This document shows positions 25,501 to 38,098 of a stretch of 64,000 nucleotides of DNA, in pieces. Position numbers and translations under genes: made by a program. Source of the stretch: Mobula hypostoma (lineage: Eukaryota); the NCBI RefSeq assembly GCF_963921235.1, contig NC_086097.1:4278001-4342000 (forward strand). The letters run 5' to 3'. The stretch's first letter is position 1. Each line of letters begins with the position of its first letter. The notes beneath the pieces are model-generated. The model was given only the letters and a program-made list of their open reading frames with translations, was not told the DNA's origin and made no database searches.

Positions 25501-26777
25501 AGAAACATAGAAACATAGAAAACCTACAGCATTATACAGGCTCTTCGGCCCACAAAGCTGTGCTGAATATGTCATTAACTCAGAAATTACCTAGGGTTAC
25601 CCATGGCCCTCTATTTTTCAGAGCTCCATGTACCTATCCAGGAGTCTCTTAAAAGACCCTATCGTATCCTCCTCCACCACTGTTGCTGGCAGCCCATTCC
25701 ACGCACTCACCACTCTTTGCGTAAAAAACTTCCCCTGACATTTCCTCTGTACCTACTTCCAAGCACCTTAAAACTGTGTCCTCTCGTGCCAGCCATTTCA
25801 GTCCTGGGAAAAAACCTCTGACTACACATGATCAATACCTCTCAACATCTTATACACCTCTATCAGATCACCTCTCATCCTCCATCACTCCAAGGAAAAA
25901 AGGCCGAGTTCACTCAACCTATTCTCATAAGGCATGCTCCCCAATCCAGGCAATATCCTTGTAAATCTCCTCTGCACCCTTTCTATGGTTTCCACATCCT
26001 TCCTGTAGTGAGGCGACCAGAACTGAGCACAGTACTCCAAGTGGGGTCTGACCAGGGTCCTATATAGCTGCAACATTACCTCTTGGCTCCTAAACTCAAT
26101 CCCATGATTGAAGAAGGCCAATGCACTGTATGCCTTCTTAACCACAGAGTCAAACTGCACAGCAGCTTTGAGTGTCCTATGGACTCGGACCCCAAGATCC
26201 CTCTGATCTTCCACACTGCCAAGAGTCTTACAATTAATACTGTATTCTGCCATCATATTTGATCTACCAAAATGAGTCACCTCACACTTATCTGGGTTGA
26301 ACTCCATCTGCCACTTCTCAGCCTAGTTTTGCATCCTATCAATGTCCCACTGTAACCTCTGACAGCCCTCCACACTATCCACAACACCCCCAACCTTTGT
26401 GTCATCAGCATATTTACTAACCCATCCCTCCACTTCCTCATGCAGGTCATTTATAAAAATCACGAAGAGTACGGGTCCCAGAACAGATCCCTGAGGCACA
26501 CCACTGGTGACCGACCTCCATACAAAATACGACCCGTCTACAACCACTCTTTGCCTTCTATGGGCAAGCCAGTTCTGGATCCACAAAGCAAGGTCCCCTT
26601 GGATCCCATGCCTCCCTACTTTCTCAATAAACCTAGCATGGAGTACCTTGTCAAATACCTTGCTAAAATCCATATACACTACATCTACTGCTCTACCATC
26701 ATCAATGTGTTTAGTCACATCCTTAAAAATTTCAGTCAGGCTCATAAGGCATGACCTTCCTTTGACAATGCCATGCT
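25501..26777 (-). mobile_element. Young CR1 (TTTCTATG-tail subfamily) nested in an older + strand CR1 (25373-25500 and 26778-27130)
   Basis: RT motifs YMDFSKVFDKV, VPQGSVLGP, YADDTK. Host reads aaagagattt|...|tgatagagatata across the insert. Confidence 0.9.
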
Positions 26778-27349
26778 GATAGAGATATATAAAATTATGA
26801 AGGGTATAGATAGGATAAATGCCAACAGGCTTTTTTCTACTGAGGGCGAACGAGACTACAACTAGAGGTGATGGGTTAAGGGTGAAAGGTGAAATGAGGG
26901 GGAGCTTCTTCATTCAGAGAATGGTGAGAGTGTATAATAAGCTGTCAGCACAAGTGGTGGATGTGAGCTTGATTTCAACATTTAAGAGAAATTTGGATAG
27001 GTGGATGAATGGGAGGGATATGGAAGGCTATGATCTGGATGCAGGTCGATTGGACTATCAAATTAATAGTTCAGCACAGACTAAATGGGCCAAAGGGCCT
27101 GTTTCTGTGCTGTAGTGTTCTATGACTCTAAATCCCCTTTCAATCTCTTTTTTGTCATCTCATGTCCTTATACTCTTCATAGCTCTGCCATTGGAAAAAG
27201 ATTCTTTGGCTTTATCTATGCCTCTTATAAAGTTGTACATCTCTCTCACTTTACCCTCCAGCCTTCTACTGTGTTGCCACTTTTGAGACCATAAAACAAA
27301 GGTACAGAATTAAACAATTCAACCCATCACACTCCAATCACACGCCAGT

Positions 27350-27840
27350 CCTCGAAGAGGGATTAGAAGTGGAAAGAGTGAGCAATTTCAAGTTCCTGGG
27401 CGTCAATATCTCTGATGTTCTATTGTGGGCCCAGCATATCACTACAGTTACAAAGACACGGCGGCAGCTGTATTTTGTTTGGAGTTTGGAGCGATTTGGT
27501 ATGTCACCAAAGACTCTCGCAAATTTCCTCAGGGAGAACATTCGAACCAGTTGTATCACTGTCTGGTATGAAGGAGCCACTGCACAAGATCAGAAAAAGC
27601 TGCAGAAAGTTGTAAACTCAACGAGTTCTGTCATGGGAACTAGCCTTCCAAGCACTGAGGACATCTTCAAGGATTGATGTCTCAGAAAGGTGGCATCTAT
27701 CATGAAGGGACCTACGTCACCCAGGGCATGCCCTCTTCTCATTGCCACCATCATGTAGGAGGTACAGGAGCCTGAAGGCACACACTCAACAATTCAGGAA
27801 CAGCTTCTTCCACACAGCCATGGGATTTCTGAATGGACAA
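27350..27840 (+). mobile_element. L2/Rex1-type LINE fragment
   Basis: ERVSNFKFLGVNISD...CITVWY; a similar fragment lies at 35520-36290. Confidence 0.8.
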
Positions 27841-28187
27841 TATATAATACCTCAACTTTTTGCTTGCTGTTCTCCACAGACTGTTTTGTTCAGCTGTGGT
27901 AAGTTAAGCAGTAGTGTTGGCCTGCTATCACATTTCCTTTCATATTATATACTGTATGCTTATTCAGCTGATTCTGACAGGCTAGTCTGCAACTAGCAAA
28001 GCTAACTTAAATTAAAATTAAGCTACAATGAAAGGAATCATTGAGGCATGGTTGGAGCACTTCAAACCAGAGTGTCTGGTATTAGGATAAATTCTTGGAA
28101 TTGAGTAAAGAAATACTTAACTCTGACAGTGAATTCATCTCACTAGCTCCACATGTTGTGAATGCTCAGTCATTGAGCATAATTAGA

Positions 28188-28480
28188 GCACTACAGTAGT
28201 GTAGCAGTTAGTGCAACGCTATTGCATCTCGGGGCAACAGAGTTCCGAGTGGCTGGCTATAAGAAGGTTTGTGTGTCCTCCCTGTGACATCATGGGTTTC
28301 CTCCGGGTGCTCTGGTTTCCTCCCACAGTCCAGAGACATACCAGTTAGTAGGCTGATTGGTCATTGTAAATTGTCCTGTGATTAGGCTAGGGTTAAGAAG
28401 GTGGGTTGCTGGGTGGTGAGGCTTGTTGAGATGGAAGGGTCTGTTCATGACAATATCTCTAAATAAAATAAAATAAGTAA
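28188..28480 (+). mobile_element. tRNA-derived SINE (abundant family; other copies about 17070-17370 +, 23125-23405 -, 32725-32965 -, 33030-33205 -, 39020-39355 -, 39900-40200 +, 47730-47830 +, 49990-50065 -)
   Basis: A-box-like head gtagtgtagcagttag, body gggtttcctccgggtgctctggtttcctcccaca, (TAAA)n-type tail. Confidence 0.85.
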
Positions 28481-28664
28481 ATGTTTGAGGTTGAAATTGA
28501 TAAAATTTTGGATGCTGAGGAAATGGGGAATCTGAAGATTATGGGAAATTAAAATGAAATACACATTCAGCCAAGATCTAAAGGAATGGCTGAACTGGCC
28601 TGATCCTCTAGTGCACCCTCTTTAACGACTGGTAGTTGATAAGCGATCTGTAGCATTGTAATAG

Positions 28665-29312
28665 TCATGAAAATGAAGGAGTGGGAATAAAGGGCTCCCT
28701 TTACTGGTTGGCTGTGAGTGATGACTGGTGTTCTGCAGGGGTTAATGTTGGGTCTGCTACTTTTCATGTTATACGTCAATGATTTTGATGATGGAATTGA
28801 TGGCTTTGTGGCCAAGTTTGTGGATGATACGAAGAAGATGTTGAGGAAGCAGGGAATCTGCAGAAGGACTTGGAACAGATTGGGAGAATGGTCAAAGGGG
28901 TGGCAGATGGAATACAGTGTAAGATAGTGCATAGTTATGCACCTTGGTAGAAGGAATAAAGGTGTAGGTTATTTTCTAAACAGGGAGCCAATTCAGAAAT
29001 CAGAGGTGCAAAGGGACTTGGAGTTCCTCGTGTAGGATTTCCTGATGGTTAGCTTGCAGAATGAGTCAGATGTAAGGAAGGCAAATGCAATGTTTCAGAG
29101 GACTTGAATATAAAAACAAGGATATAAAGCACTGGTCAGATGACTTTTGGAGTATTGTGAGTCCTATATCTAAGAAAGGAATTTCAAAGTTGGGTGGTCC
29201 AGAGGAGGTTCATGAGATTGATTCTGTGGATGAGAAGGTTAATGCATGAGGAGTGCTTGATGTCTCTGAGCCTGTACTCACTGGAGTTTAGACACATGAG
29301 GGAGGATCTCAT
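28665..29312 (+). mobile_element. Decayed CR1 fragment
   Basis: YVNDFDDGIDGFVAKFVDDTK. Confidence 0.8.
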
Positions 29313-29509
29313 TACTGTAATTCACTATTTTTATTATTATGTATTGCAATGTACTGCTGCCACATAACAACAAATTTCACAATATATTCCGGAGATTTTA
29401 AATCTGATTCTGATTTATTGCTTGCTGGCTTGTTTGTTTGTATATTCATCTATTCATTCATTCATTCATTCATTCATCCATTTATTTATTTAATCTTATT
29501 AATTTATTT

Positions 29510-30490
29510 ACATGGTTTCTGTCCTGTCTCTGTTCACGCTGTACACCTCAGACTTTCAATACAACTCTGAGTCTTGCCACTTGCAGAAGTTCTCTGATCA
29601 CTATGCGGTGGTTTGGTGTATCAGAGGAGTCGGAGACAGCGGACTGGTGGACAAGTTTGTGGAGTGGTGTGGGAGGAACCACCTGCTCCTGAATGTGGCC
29701 AAAACCAGGGAGATGGTGATTGATTTTAGGAAGAAGAGGACTGTGACGAGTCCTGGATACATTCTGGGAGAAGAAGTTGCCGTGGTGGAGAAGTACAAAT
29801 ACTTGGGTGTTCACCTCGACAACAGACTTGACTGGAAAACCAACAACAGGGCTGTTTACAAGAAGGGGATGAGCAGACTCTATTTTATAAGGAAGCTGAG
29901 ATGCTTCAATGTGTGCAGCAGGATGTTGGAGATCTTTTACCAGTCTGTTGTAGCAAGTGCAGTCTTCTTTACAGCTTTATGTGGGGGAGCAGCATCGGTG
30001 CTGGTCATACAGAATGACCAATAAACTCATCAAAAGTTGGATCCGTCCTTGGCTAGAACCTGGACCCTTTTGAGATAGTGGTGGAGAGGAGGTCACTAAA
30101 CAAACTGTTATCCGTTATGGACAATCAGGCACATCCTCTTCATGACCTACTGAACAAATAGCGGAGCACCCTTATGAACAGAGTCACTCAGCTCCATTGT
30201 CACAAGGATTGTTACAGAAAAATGTTCCTACCAAGTACAATAAACAGTTCATCTCTGTGCAACAGGAGAACACACATCATCATACAATAGTCTCTGTTTC
30301 GTTATTTTGTACATTATTATTGCACATTATTGCACTTTGGTACATTATTACTGTGTATATTATTAATCTGTACTTTGTTATTTGTTAAGTCTGCACACTG
30401 CTAAGTGTGTTTTTAAATGTTGCTGCTGTAATGAAAGAATTTCCCACCAGGATCAATGAAGTATTCATTATGATTATATTATTATTATTT
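29510..30490 (+). mobile_element. Rex1/Babar-like LINE, 5'-truncated
   Basis: LFTLYTSDF...LQKFSD...LNVAKTREMVIDFRK...YKYLGVHLD; (TAT)n tail. Confidence 0.85.
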
Positions 30491-31387
30491 GCACATTGGT
30501 TTAGGGTGTTCTTTTATTAATTCTATTGTATTTTTTGTATTTACTGTGATTTCCCACAAGAAAATGAATTTCAGGGATATAAATGGTCACACTTATGTAC
30601 TTTGATAATAAATTTACTTTGAATTTTAATCAGAGTTTCAACAATGCACAATTACTATTTTAACTATAAAATCAATATGAGTATTAGTGGGAGAAACTTA
30701 TTTTTCCAATATTGAGCTGGAACTCCCTACAAATATTGCAAGATAGTGTTTCTCCTCACAGAACCTATGACCCTCTTCTCAATCTCTTCAAATTTACATC
30801 AACTGCTTCTCAATTCCACCATTACTGGGAGCAATCTCTCCTGGCTCACTTCGTAAAATATCAGTTGAATCACCTCTCAGTGTTCCCAATAAATGAAGTA
30901 CAACCACAGCTTCCCCTGTCTACCGTGTAACTAAAGTCCCTCACCCCAAAGACAATCCTACCAGGTTTCTTCAAAACTTTAACTTCCCTTGGATGAGAAT
31001 TGCTTCCAGTGTTTTAGCTGTGGTCAAGCCTGTGTTTTATAGAGCTGCCATACATCAGAGTTCAAGAGGTTAATGATACTGATTCAGCACATCTTGCCTA
31101 TGTCAGGCATAAATGGGCTTTAGGTTAATCTCACCTCCTGACTCCTGGTCCCAGCCGTTACCCTACAGGTCAGATCTCTTCACTCTCATCCAGATTTATT
31201 TTCAACGGACCGGTTCAAGGGATGAGCTATGTGCCACAAAGTGGATGAGCTCCTGAGGAGTCATAGTTTGCAGGACCATGGCAAGGATGAGGTGTTGGGA
31301 GGTGGGTTATAAACAGACAATGTTGGAAGAGCTCAGCAATTCAGGCAGTATTTCAAGTTTGTTTAATTGTCATTCGACCATACTCAC

Positions 31388-31966
31388 GGAGGTCCGCTGT
31401 TGTTTGGGATTGACGGTGAATATCGTACCCTGGCTGTCTGCGTGATTCACAGGCCAGGGCAGTATGATTTGGAGAACACACTGTTGCCCATGAAGCAGGC
31501 TCCCCCCACCACACAGGTGGTGAATCCAAAGGCACAGCAGAGGCTGATACAGTTTGCACCAGCGGCATCACAAGAGTTGCCATTTAGTGTTGAACTCAAC
31601 GTAGGACTGTACTCCAGTTCTGGATTTTTCCTCGGCTTTTACTCCCAAAGCCTTCCTAATGAATGGGTACAGCTTCAAAGCAGCCGAGGTTTGAGATCAG
31701 AGTTTTCCTTCTCCTAGATGAGCTGCCAACCTCGGCTGATGAGCCCTATCTGCCTGAAGTGACTAATTTTAACGTGCCAGTAACCTGGTTTTGCCCCTTC
31801 TCCTGTCAGTAGAAAGAGTTCCACCTGGGCTAGTAGCTAGGCTACACATGAAGGCCAGGAACTGGACTTGGTTGTTAGAGGCTATTTGAAGTGCACGCCA
31901 TTGGAAGCATTTAATAGGTAATGGGAGCTTATCCCCACTACACCCCTGGCTATGACAACCTTAAAG
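31388..31966 (-). mobile_element. RTE-like non-autonomous element, copy 3 (most complete 5' end)
   Basis: Colinear with copies 1 and 2. Confidence 0.7.
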
Positions 31967-32290
31967 ACCCACCATACTTATGAATACAGCTAAACAAAAC
32001 ATCACAAGGTGCAAGCCACAGTACTAACACCACACAGCACAAAGCACGCTTAGCACATATAATTATGAACACAGTCACAAGAAATTAAAATAAAAGCACT
32101 AAAAATAATAGTAAATATAATAAAAGAATAACAACAGTAAGAAATGGAAAGAGAAAGTCAATGAGCTGTGCACAGACATCTATGATCCTAAGGTTTTATT
32201 GAATCTCTATGCAGGCTTGGATGCAAGAAATTACTGATCTGGTAATTAGTAAGGTAGATGATTGTTTAATTATCAAGTTGGAAATCGTAC

Positions 32291-32561
32291 TTGCTTCTCA
32301 AGGCCTCCATCCACTGGTCAATCAGTTGAGTTGATAGTTCATCTTCCAGAAGCTGATAGCCTGCACCTGTTGGCATCACCACCAGCATGCTTGCACTTCC
32401 CTTGTATGGAAGCTTCAGGACTGTGCACGAATGGTTCTTGTCATACGTTAACAAAAATGGACCTTCTTTGTACATCATGGGAACTTTAACTCGAGTGTAC
32501 GCGTTCACATAGAATGTTCCATTTACTGTCAAGTTTGGATCAAATGGAGCCTTCCACTTCC
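32291..32561 (-). CDS. SERPINA10: SERPINA10 second coding exon (GKWKAPFD...MEALRSK), 271 nt
   Basis: ttcttcAG acceptor, AA|GTACGA donor. Motifs KVPMM and VLKLPYKG. 271 nt is the usual clade A serpin exon length. Confidence 0.95.
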
Positions 32562-33588
32562 CTGAAGAAACCAAAAAAGGCATTAGTCATTACTCCGTAA
32601 GTACACATTCAGTCATTATGTCATATTATAGAGAAACAAAATCCGCTGTGTCATTTTGTCAGCACATACACACATGAGAATAAATGGCAAGACATTTTCA
32701 TTTTCTTGGCTTTCTTTCTTTTTTTCTTTTTTATTTATCTAAAGATGCAGCAGAGTGACTGGTCCTTGCAGCCCAACATACCCATGAGACCAATTAAATG
32801 ATTAACCGGTATGTCTTTGGAAGTAGGAGGAAACTGGAGCACCTGGAGAAGCCCATGCAATCATGGAGAGAACGTCAAACTCCTTACAGACAGTAGTGAG
32901 AATTGAACCCAGATCACTGGTGCTGTAACAGCGTTACATTAACCACTTTGCTAACTTGCCACCCATTTATGTAGATAATATAGAGCAAGTTTTCTCTCTT
33001 TACGTTTACTTCTTTTCACAATGACATATTAACAGGTACATCTTTGGACTGTGGGAGGAACCCGAAGAACCCAGAGAAAACCCACGCAGTTCATGGGGAG
33101 GGACATGCAAACTCCTTACAGACAGAGTTGGAATGGAACTCTGAACTCCGATGCTGCAAGCTGTAATAGCTTAGTAGTAACAGCTACGCCACCATGTCGC
33201 CCAATTAGATGACATCGTGAATCTAGCCGACTCAATGTCCATAGCCCTGAATACAACATTCCTCTTAATAAAGACATATATCATCTGACATCTAAAGCCA
33301 CACCTTGCTAACAAGGCCAAAAGTTCTATATGTTTCAACTGACGAAATAACTGCAAGGCATTTGATATTTCTCATTAACATCGTCTCATTCAGCAAGACT
33401 GCAGTGAGTCATTTGACCTCCACTATGCCAGTGATCCTCCTAGTGCAACTAGATCAGAATCGGTAGGCTCCACCACAGTGCTGGAGCCAGTGTGGCATGG
33501 CATCTATGCTGGTGGCATTGGTGCTTCCCTCCAGTGATTGCTTGGCAGAAGACAAGCTGTGTTGTGCTCGACTCCAGACCACTGCAAC

Positions 33589-34712
33589 TTTGACAAGGTT
33601 CCACACGGTAGGCTTATTCAGAAAGTCAGAAGGCATGGGATCCAGGGAAGTTTGGCCAGGTGGATTCAGAATTGGCTTGCCTGCAGAAGGCAGAGGGTTG
33701 TGGTGGAGGGAGTACATTCAGATTAGAGGATTGTGACTAGTGGTGTCCCACAAGGATCCGTTCTGGGACCTCTACTTTTCGTGATTTTTATTAACGACCT
33801 GGATGTGGGGGTAGAAGGGTGGGTTGGCAAGTTTGCAGACGACACAAAAGTTGGTGGTGTTGTAGATAGTGTAGAGGATTGTCAAAGATTGCAGAGAGAC
33901 ATTGATAGGATGCAGAAGTGGGCCGAGAAGTGGCAGATGGAGTTCATCCTGGAGAAGTGTGAGGTGGTACACTTTGGAAGGACAAACTCCAAGGCAGAGT
34001 ACAAAGTAAATGGCAGGATACTTGGTAGTGTGGAGGAGCAGAGGGATCTCGGGGTACATGTCCACAGATCCCTGAAAGTTGCCTCACACGTGGATAGGGT
34101 GGTTAAGAAAGCTTATGGGGTGTTAGCTTTCATAAGTCGAGGGATAGAGTTTAAGAGTCATGATGTAATGATGCAGCTCTATAAAACTCTGGTTAGGCCA
34201 CACTTGGAGTACTGTGTCCGGTTCTGGTCACCTCACTATAGGAAGGATGTGGAAGCACTGGAAAGGGTACAGAGGAGATTTACCAGGATACTGCCTGGTT
34301 TAGAGAGTATGCATTATGATCAGAGATTAAGGGAGCTAGGGCTTTACTCTTTGGAGAGGAGGAGGATGAGAGGAGACATGATAGAGGTGCACAAGATAAT
34401 AAGAGGAATAGATAGAGTGGATAGCCAGCGCCTCTTCCCCAGGGCACCACTGCTCACTACAAGAGGACATGGCTTTAAGGTAAGGGGTGGGAAGTTCAAG
34501 GGGGATATTAGAAGAAGGTTTTTTACTCAGAGAGTGGTTGGTGCGTGGAATGCACTGCCTGAGTCAGTGGTGGGGGCAGATGCACTAGTGAAGTTTAAGA
34601 GACTACTAGACAGGTATATGGAGGAATTTAAGGTGGGGGGGTTATATGGGAGGCCGGGCTTAAGGGTCAGCACAACGTTGTGGGCTGAAGGGCCTGTACT
34701 GTGCTGTATCTA
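33589..34712 (+). mobile_element. Young CR1, 5'-truncated, with a long intact RT/C-terminal frame (33733 onward)
   Basis: TSGVPQGSVLGP, KFADDTK, LVRPHLEYC; nearly identical to 60225-60736 over their shared length. Confidence 0.92.
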
Positions 34713-34882
34713 CGTTCCACTCCTGGACTCAGGGACTTGGACTATATATATTTTTTGTGTGACTGTATTTTACCGCTATCTCATATATGCTATATGTGCC
34801 CATGGTGTGTCTGACTGTTGCTGCTGTGTTTAGCACCTTGCCCTGGAGGAATGCTGTTTCCTTTGCCTTTATTCATGAGTGT

Positions 34883-35183
34883 TGGCACGTGGCCAAGTGG
34901 TTAAGCCGTTCGTCTAGTGAACTGAAGGTTGCTAGTTCGATCCTTGGCTGAGGCAGTGTGTGCGTCCTTGAGCAAGGCACTTAACCACACATTGCTCTGT
35001 GACAACACCGGTGCCAAGCTGTATGGGTCCTAATGCCCTTCCCCTGGACAACATCGGGGGCTTGGAGAGGGGAGACTTGCAGCATGGGCAACTGCTGGTC
35101 TTCCATACAACCTTGCCCAGGCCTGCGCCCTGGAAACCTTCCAAGGTGCAAATCCATGGTCTCTGAGACTAACGGATGCCTAT
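34883..35183 (+). mobile_element. Chimeric SINE: tRNA head + CORE-like segment + RTE-like 3' part
   Basis: A box TGGCCAAGTGG, B box GTTCGATCC, gtccttgagcaaggcacttaacc, then a tail homologous to the 281-860 family. Confidence 0.8.
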
Positions 35184-36510
35184 TTCCATGAGTATTCATG
35201 TACGGTTGAATAACAATTAAACTTGAACTTCAGCTGATGATCTGCTTCTCCAGTAAGCCAGGTTCAATTCTGATCCCCAGTGCTGTAAGTCTTCACCTTG
35301 TGCCCGTCAGCTGTAGGATGAGCACACTGGTGCTTGACAGCTCATGCAGATTGATTGGCTAAAGGGCCTGTCTCCTGAGCTGTTTGTGTTGCGCAGTTCC
35401 ATGATGCTGGTGAATCTATGCTCCTTTCTGATGAATAAATTGACCGCTGGTTTCATATATGAAGATAGAGGAGATAGAGCAGATAGTAGAATGGTGCGAG
35501 CCCAACGTGAGTCTAAAGGAATGAGATGACTGTGGACTTTGGGAAGGAGCAGGTTGACCATTCCTCACTGCACATAAACAGCTCCTCTGTGGAGAGAGTT
35601 AGGAGCCCCAAGTTTCTAGAAGTGCTCATAACAGACAATCTCACCTGGTCCCTCAACACCACCTCTTTAGACAAGAAAGCACAGCAGCATCTCCACTTCC
35701 AGTGGAGATTGAGGTGAGTGAGGCTTCCACTCACCCACACATTCTAACCAGTTTTTACAGGAGCACCATCGAGTGTCCTGACCAGTTACATTACTGTCTG
35801 GTATAGGAATTACAAGGCATCTCATTGCAAAACAGTGAAAAAGTTTGTGAGGACAGCTGAGAGGATTATAGGGTTCTCTCTTCCAACCAACAGAGATATT
35901 TATCAAGAGCACTGTGTACGCAGAATCAATGATCCCTCCCATCCATCCAACAATCTCATCGACCCCCACCATTAGGCCAGAGGTACCGTAGCATTAGGAC
36001 AGGAAGTGTTATGATGGGAAGCAGGTTCTTCACTGAGGCCGTGAGCCTACAAAATTCCCTGTCACCATCCAGGTCTCACTATGTGTGAAGCAGCAGTAAT
36101 GTTACACTGTTTCTCTTTTAACTTGTGTTGTCAATGCATCTTATCATTTATTACTTTATTTGCGGTAATATTACTTAAATGTTCTGTGTCAGTTATACGT
36201 TCTGTTATGTACCTTGGTCCAGAGAAACATTATTTTGTTTGGCAGTATACATGTGTAGAATTGAATGATAATAAACTTGAGCTTGACTTGATATGTTTGT
36301 CCAATGTAAGCAATTTACAAGTCGGGGGGGGGGTTGAATTTTTGAATCTTTATAGTTCTTTCATTCTTTCTTTCTCTGTGCATTTAATGACAGGTTTAGA
36401 ATCACTTCCTTGTTACCAACAAATATATTGCAATTTTGATTTTTTTTTTAACTATTGTGCTGACTTCACTCTGAAACTTCAATTAGGATTTTCAATTCAA
36501 AAATCAAGTA

Positions 36511-37320
36511 CAGTGGATTCAGATTAATTGGTCACATTGGGATCTGTATATTTTGGCCAAAATAAGTTGCTGCCCCAATTAATTTCACAAAAATATTTTT
36601 TAAAGTATAAAAAAGGGAAACTACTGTTTAATTCAGAAACAAGTTATATTTTTAAATGAAATACAGAACAAATTGGAACACTGTAAATACTACTACAGTA
36701 TAAAACTATGTACTAGTTCCTAATAGTTACCAAAGGTATGCTGCTGTGTTCTTGTGATTGACTGTAAATGAACAAAATCAGTGTAGATACAAATAATGGA
36801 CTGTCTTCATACAATGACTTCAATAATTGCATCTTCCAAATCTTCATTTTCATTGTAACATTTAAGATGATTTGATACCTTTAAATTTTTCATAGTGCCT
36901 ATCTTGTTGAAGTAGTGAAATTGTTTCATTTTCACTCTCAGCTGTTTTTGGCAACTCCAAACCTGACTGCTTGAAACTACAGTGAGCAAAGTAGTTGTGA
37001 ATAGTTCTACTGCACATTTCTCAACCAACTATCAGTGATAAAGATCACTGCTTTTTGAACACAAACACATGCAAATGACACTATTTAAAAACTGTTTGCT
37101 CTAAGCACGGTGTAGTGTCTAACAGCCACACTAGTACACATGACTGACTCTAGTTAGAAACTGTTTGGTAACAGTTTCCTGTCCCAATTAAGCAGCATAG
37201 CATTGCAAACAAATGAAGGGAATCCCAGCTATCTCCTCGATTATATTTTGTTCATTAAGAGTTGTCCCAAATAAGCAGCTGCCCTGATTAACTGATTGCC
37301 CAATTAACAGGAATCCACTG
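36511..37320. mobile_element. Tc1/mariner (pogo/Tigger-like) non-autonomous DNA transposon
   Basis: TA|CAGTGGATTC...GAATCCACTG|TA: terminal inverted repeats extending through ttaattgg/ccaattaa, with TA target duplication. Confidence 0.88.
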
Positions 37321-37401
37321 TAATGTGATTGATTTATGATTACTAATACTTTGAAATAATTTCATATCCATAATCAAAAATATTGGGGAAAAAAATCTTA
37401 C

Positions 37402-38098
37402 CTTTGAATAAGATGTAATTAATAAACATAAGTCTGGCTTCAGCATCCACAGACTCTAATAACATGTTGATTTTTCCATCTGTTCTGTTGCGAATATATT
37501 GGTTAATAATATCTTTGGTATTGACTGTGTCTTGAAAGTTTACTGGTGTAACATCAGCATTATAAAAATGAGAAAGGTCTTTGATGAAAGTTTCTTTCAG
37601 TTCAAGGTTGTTCTGTATAAACAGGGAGTTTCCCTGAGAGATGAGCAAATCCTTTTGGTTGGTGATGTTGCTGTGAAGCCACTGGAACAATCTGTGCAGT
37701 TGGTACTGGTTGCCAGTACTGGCAAAGTCCCCGATGTTGAGGCCTTGGAGTATGTTGTTACGTGTTACTCCTTTGGCACCAAGAGAAAGCATGGCAAATG
37801 TTGTAGAGATGGTATTAGGTGAGAAAAATACATTATCTTCATACAGATTGGCTATTTTCCTGTAGACATTGAAACCAAATTCACTGTTCTTTTCCGCTAA
37901 CAGGTAGATCCTCTGTAGATCAGGGATTGATTCTGCTCTTTGCCATTGTGTGGGTCGAACTTCAGCATTAGAATGTGAAGGCAAATTGAAATTCTGATGC
38001 AGCTTTTTCCTATGTTCCGGGAGAAAATTGAATCCATGCTTCTGTGATACGCTGGTGGCCACGAACCCACCACATAGCAGAAAGATTAAAAATCTCAT
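37402..38098 (-). CDS. SERPINA10: SERPINA10 (ZPI) first coding exon: signal peptide through FINYILFK-G
   Basis: ATG at 38098, hydrophobic signal MRFLIFLLCGGFVATSVS, serpin motifs NSEFGFNVYRKI, NVFFSP, INQYIRNRTDGKI. Donor G|GTAAGA at 37401. Acceptor ttgcAG places the exon start at 38134. Confidence 0.95.

Noticed and set aside
31850..31966. Canonical HDV-like or twister ribozyme call
   Set aside because: The canonical P3/L3, P1.1 and twister core sequences could not be matched; kept only as a speculative structured RNA.
33733..34833. 366-aa ORF as a host or domesticated gene
   Set aside because: It is the 3' part of CR1 ORF2, 5'-truncated and nearly identical to another copy.
34883..34955. 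Genuine tRNA gene
   Set aside because: A and B boxes are present, but there is no acceptor-stem closure or poly-T terminator and it continues into SINE body sequence.
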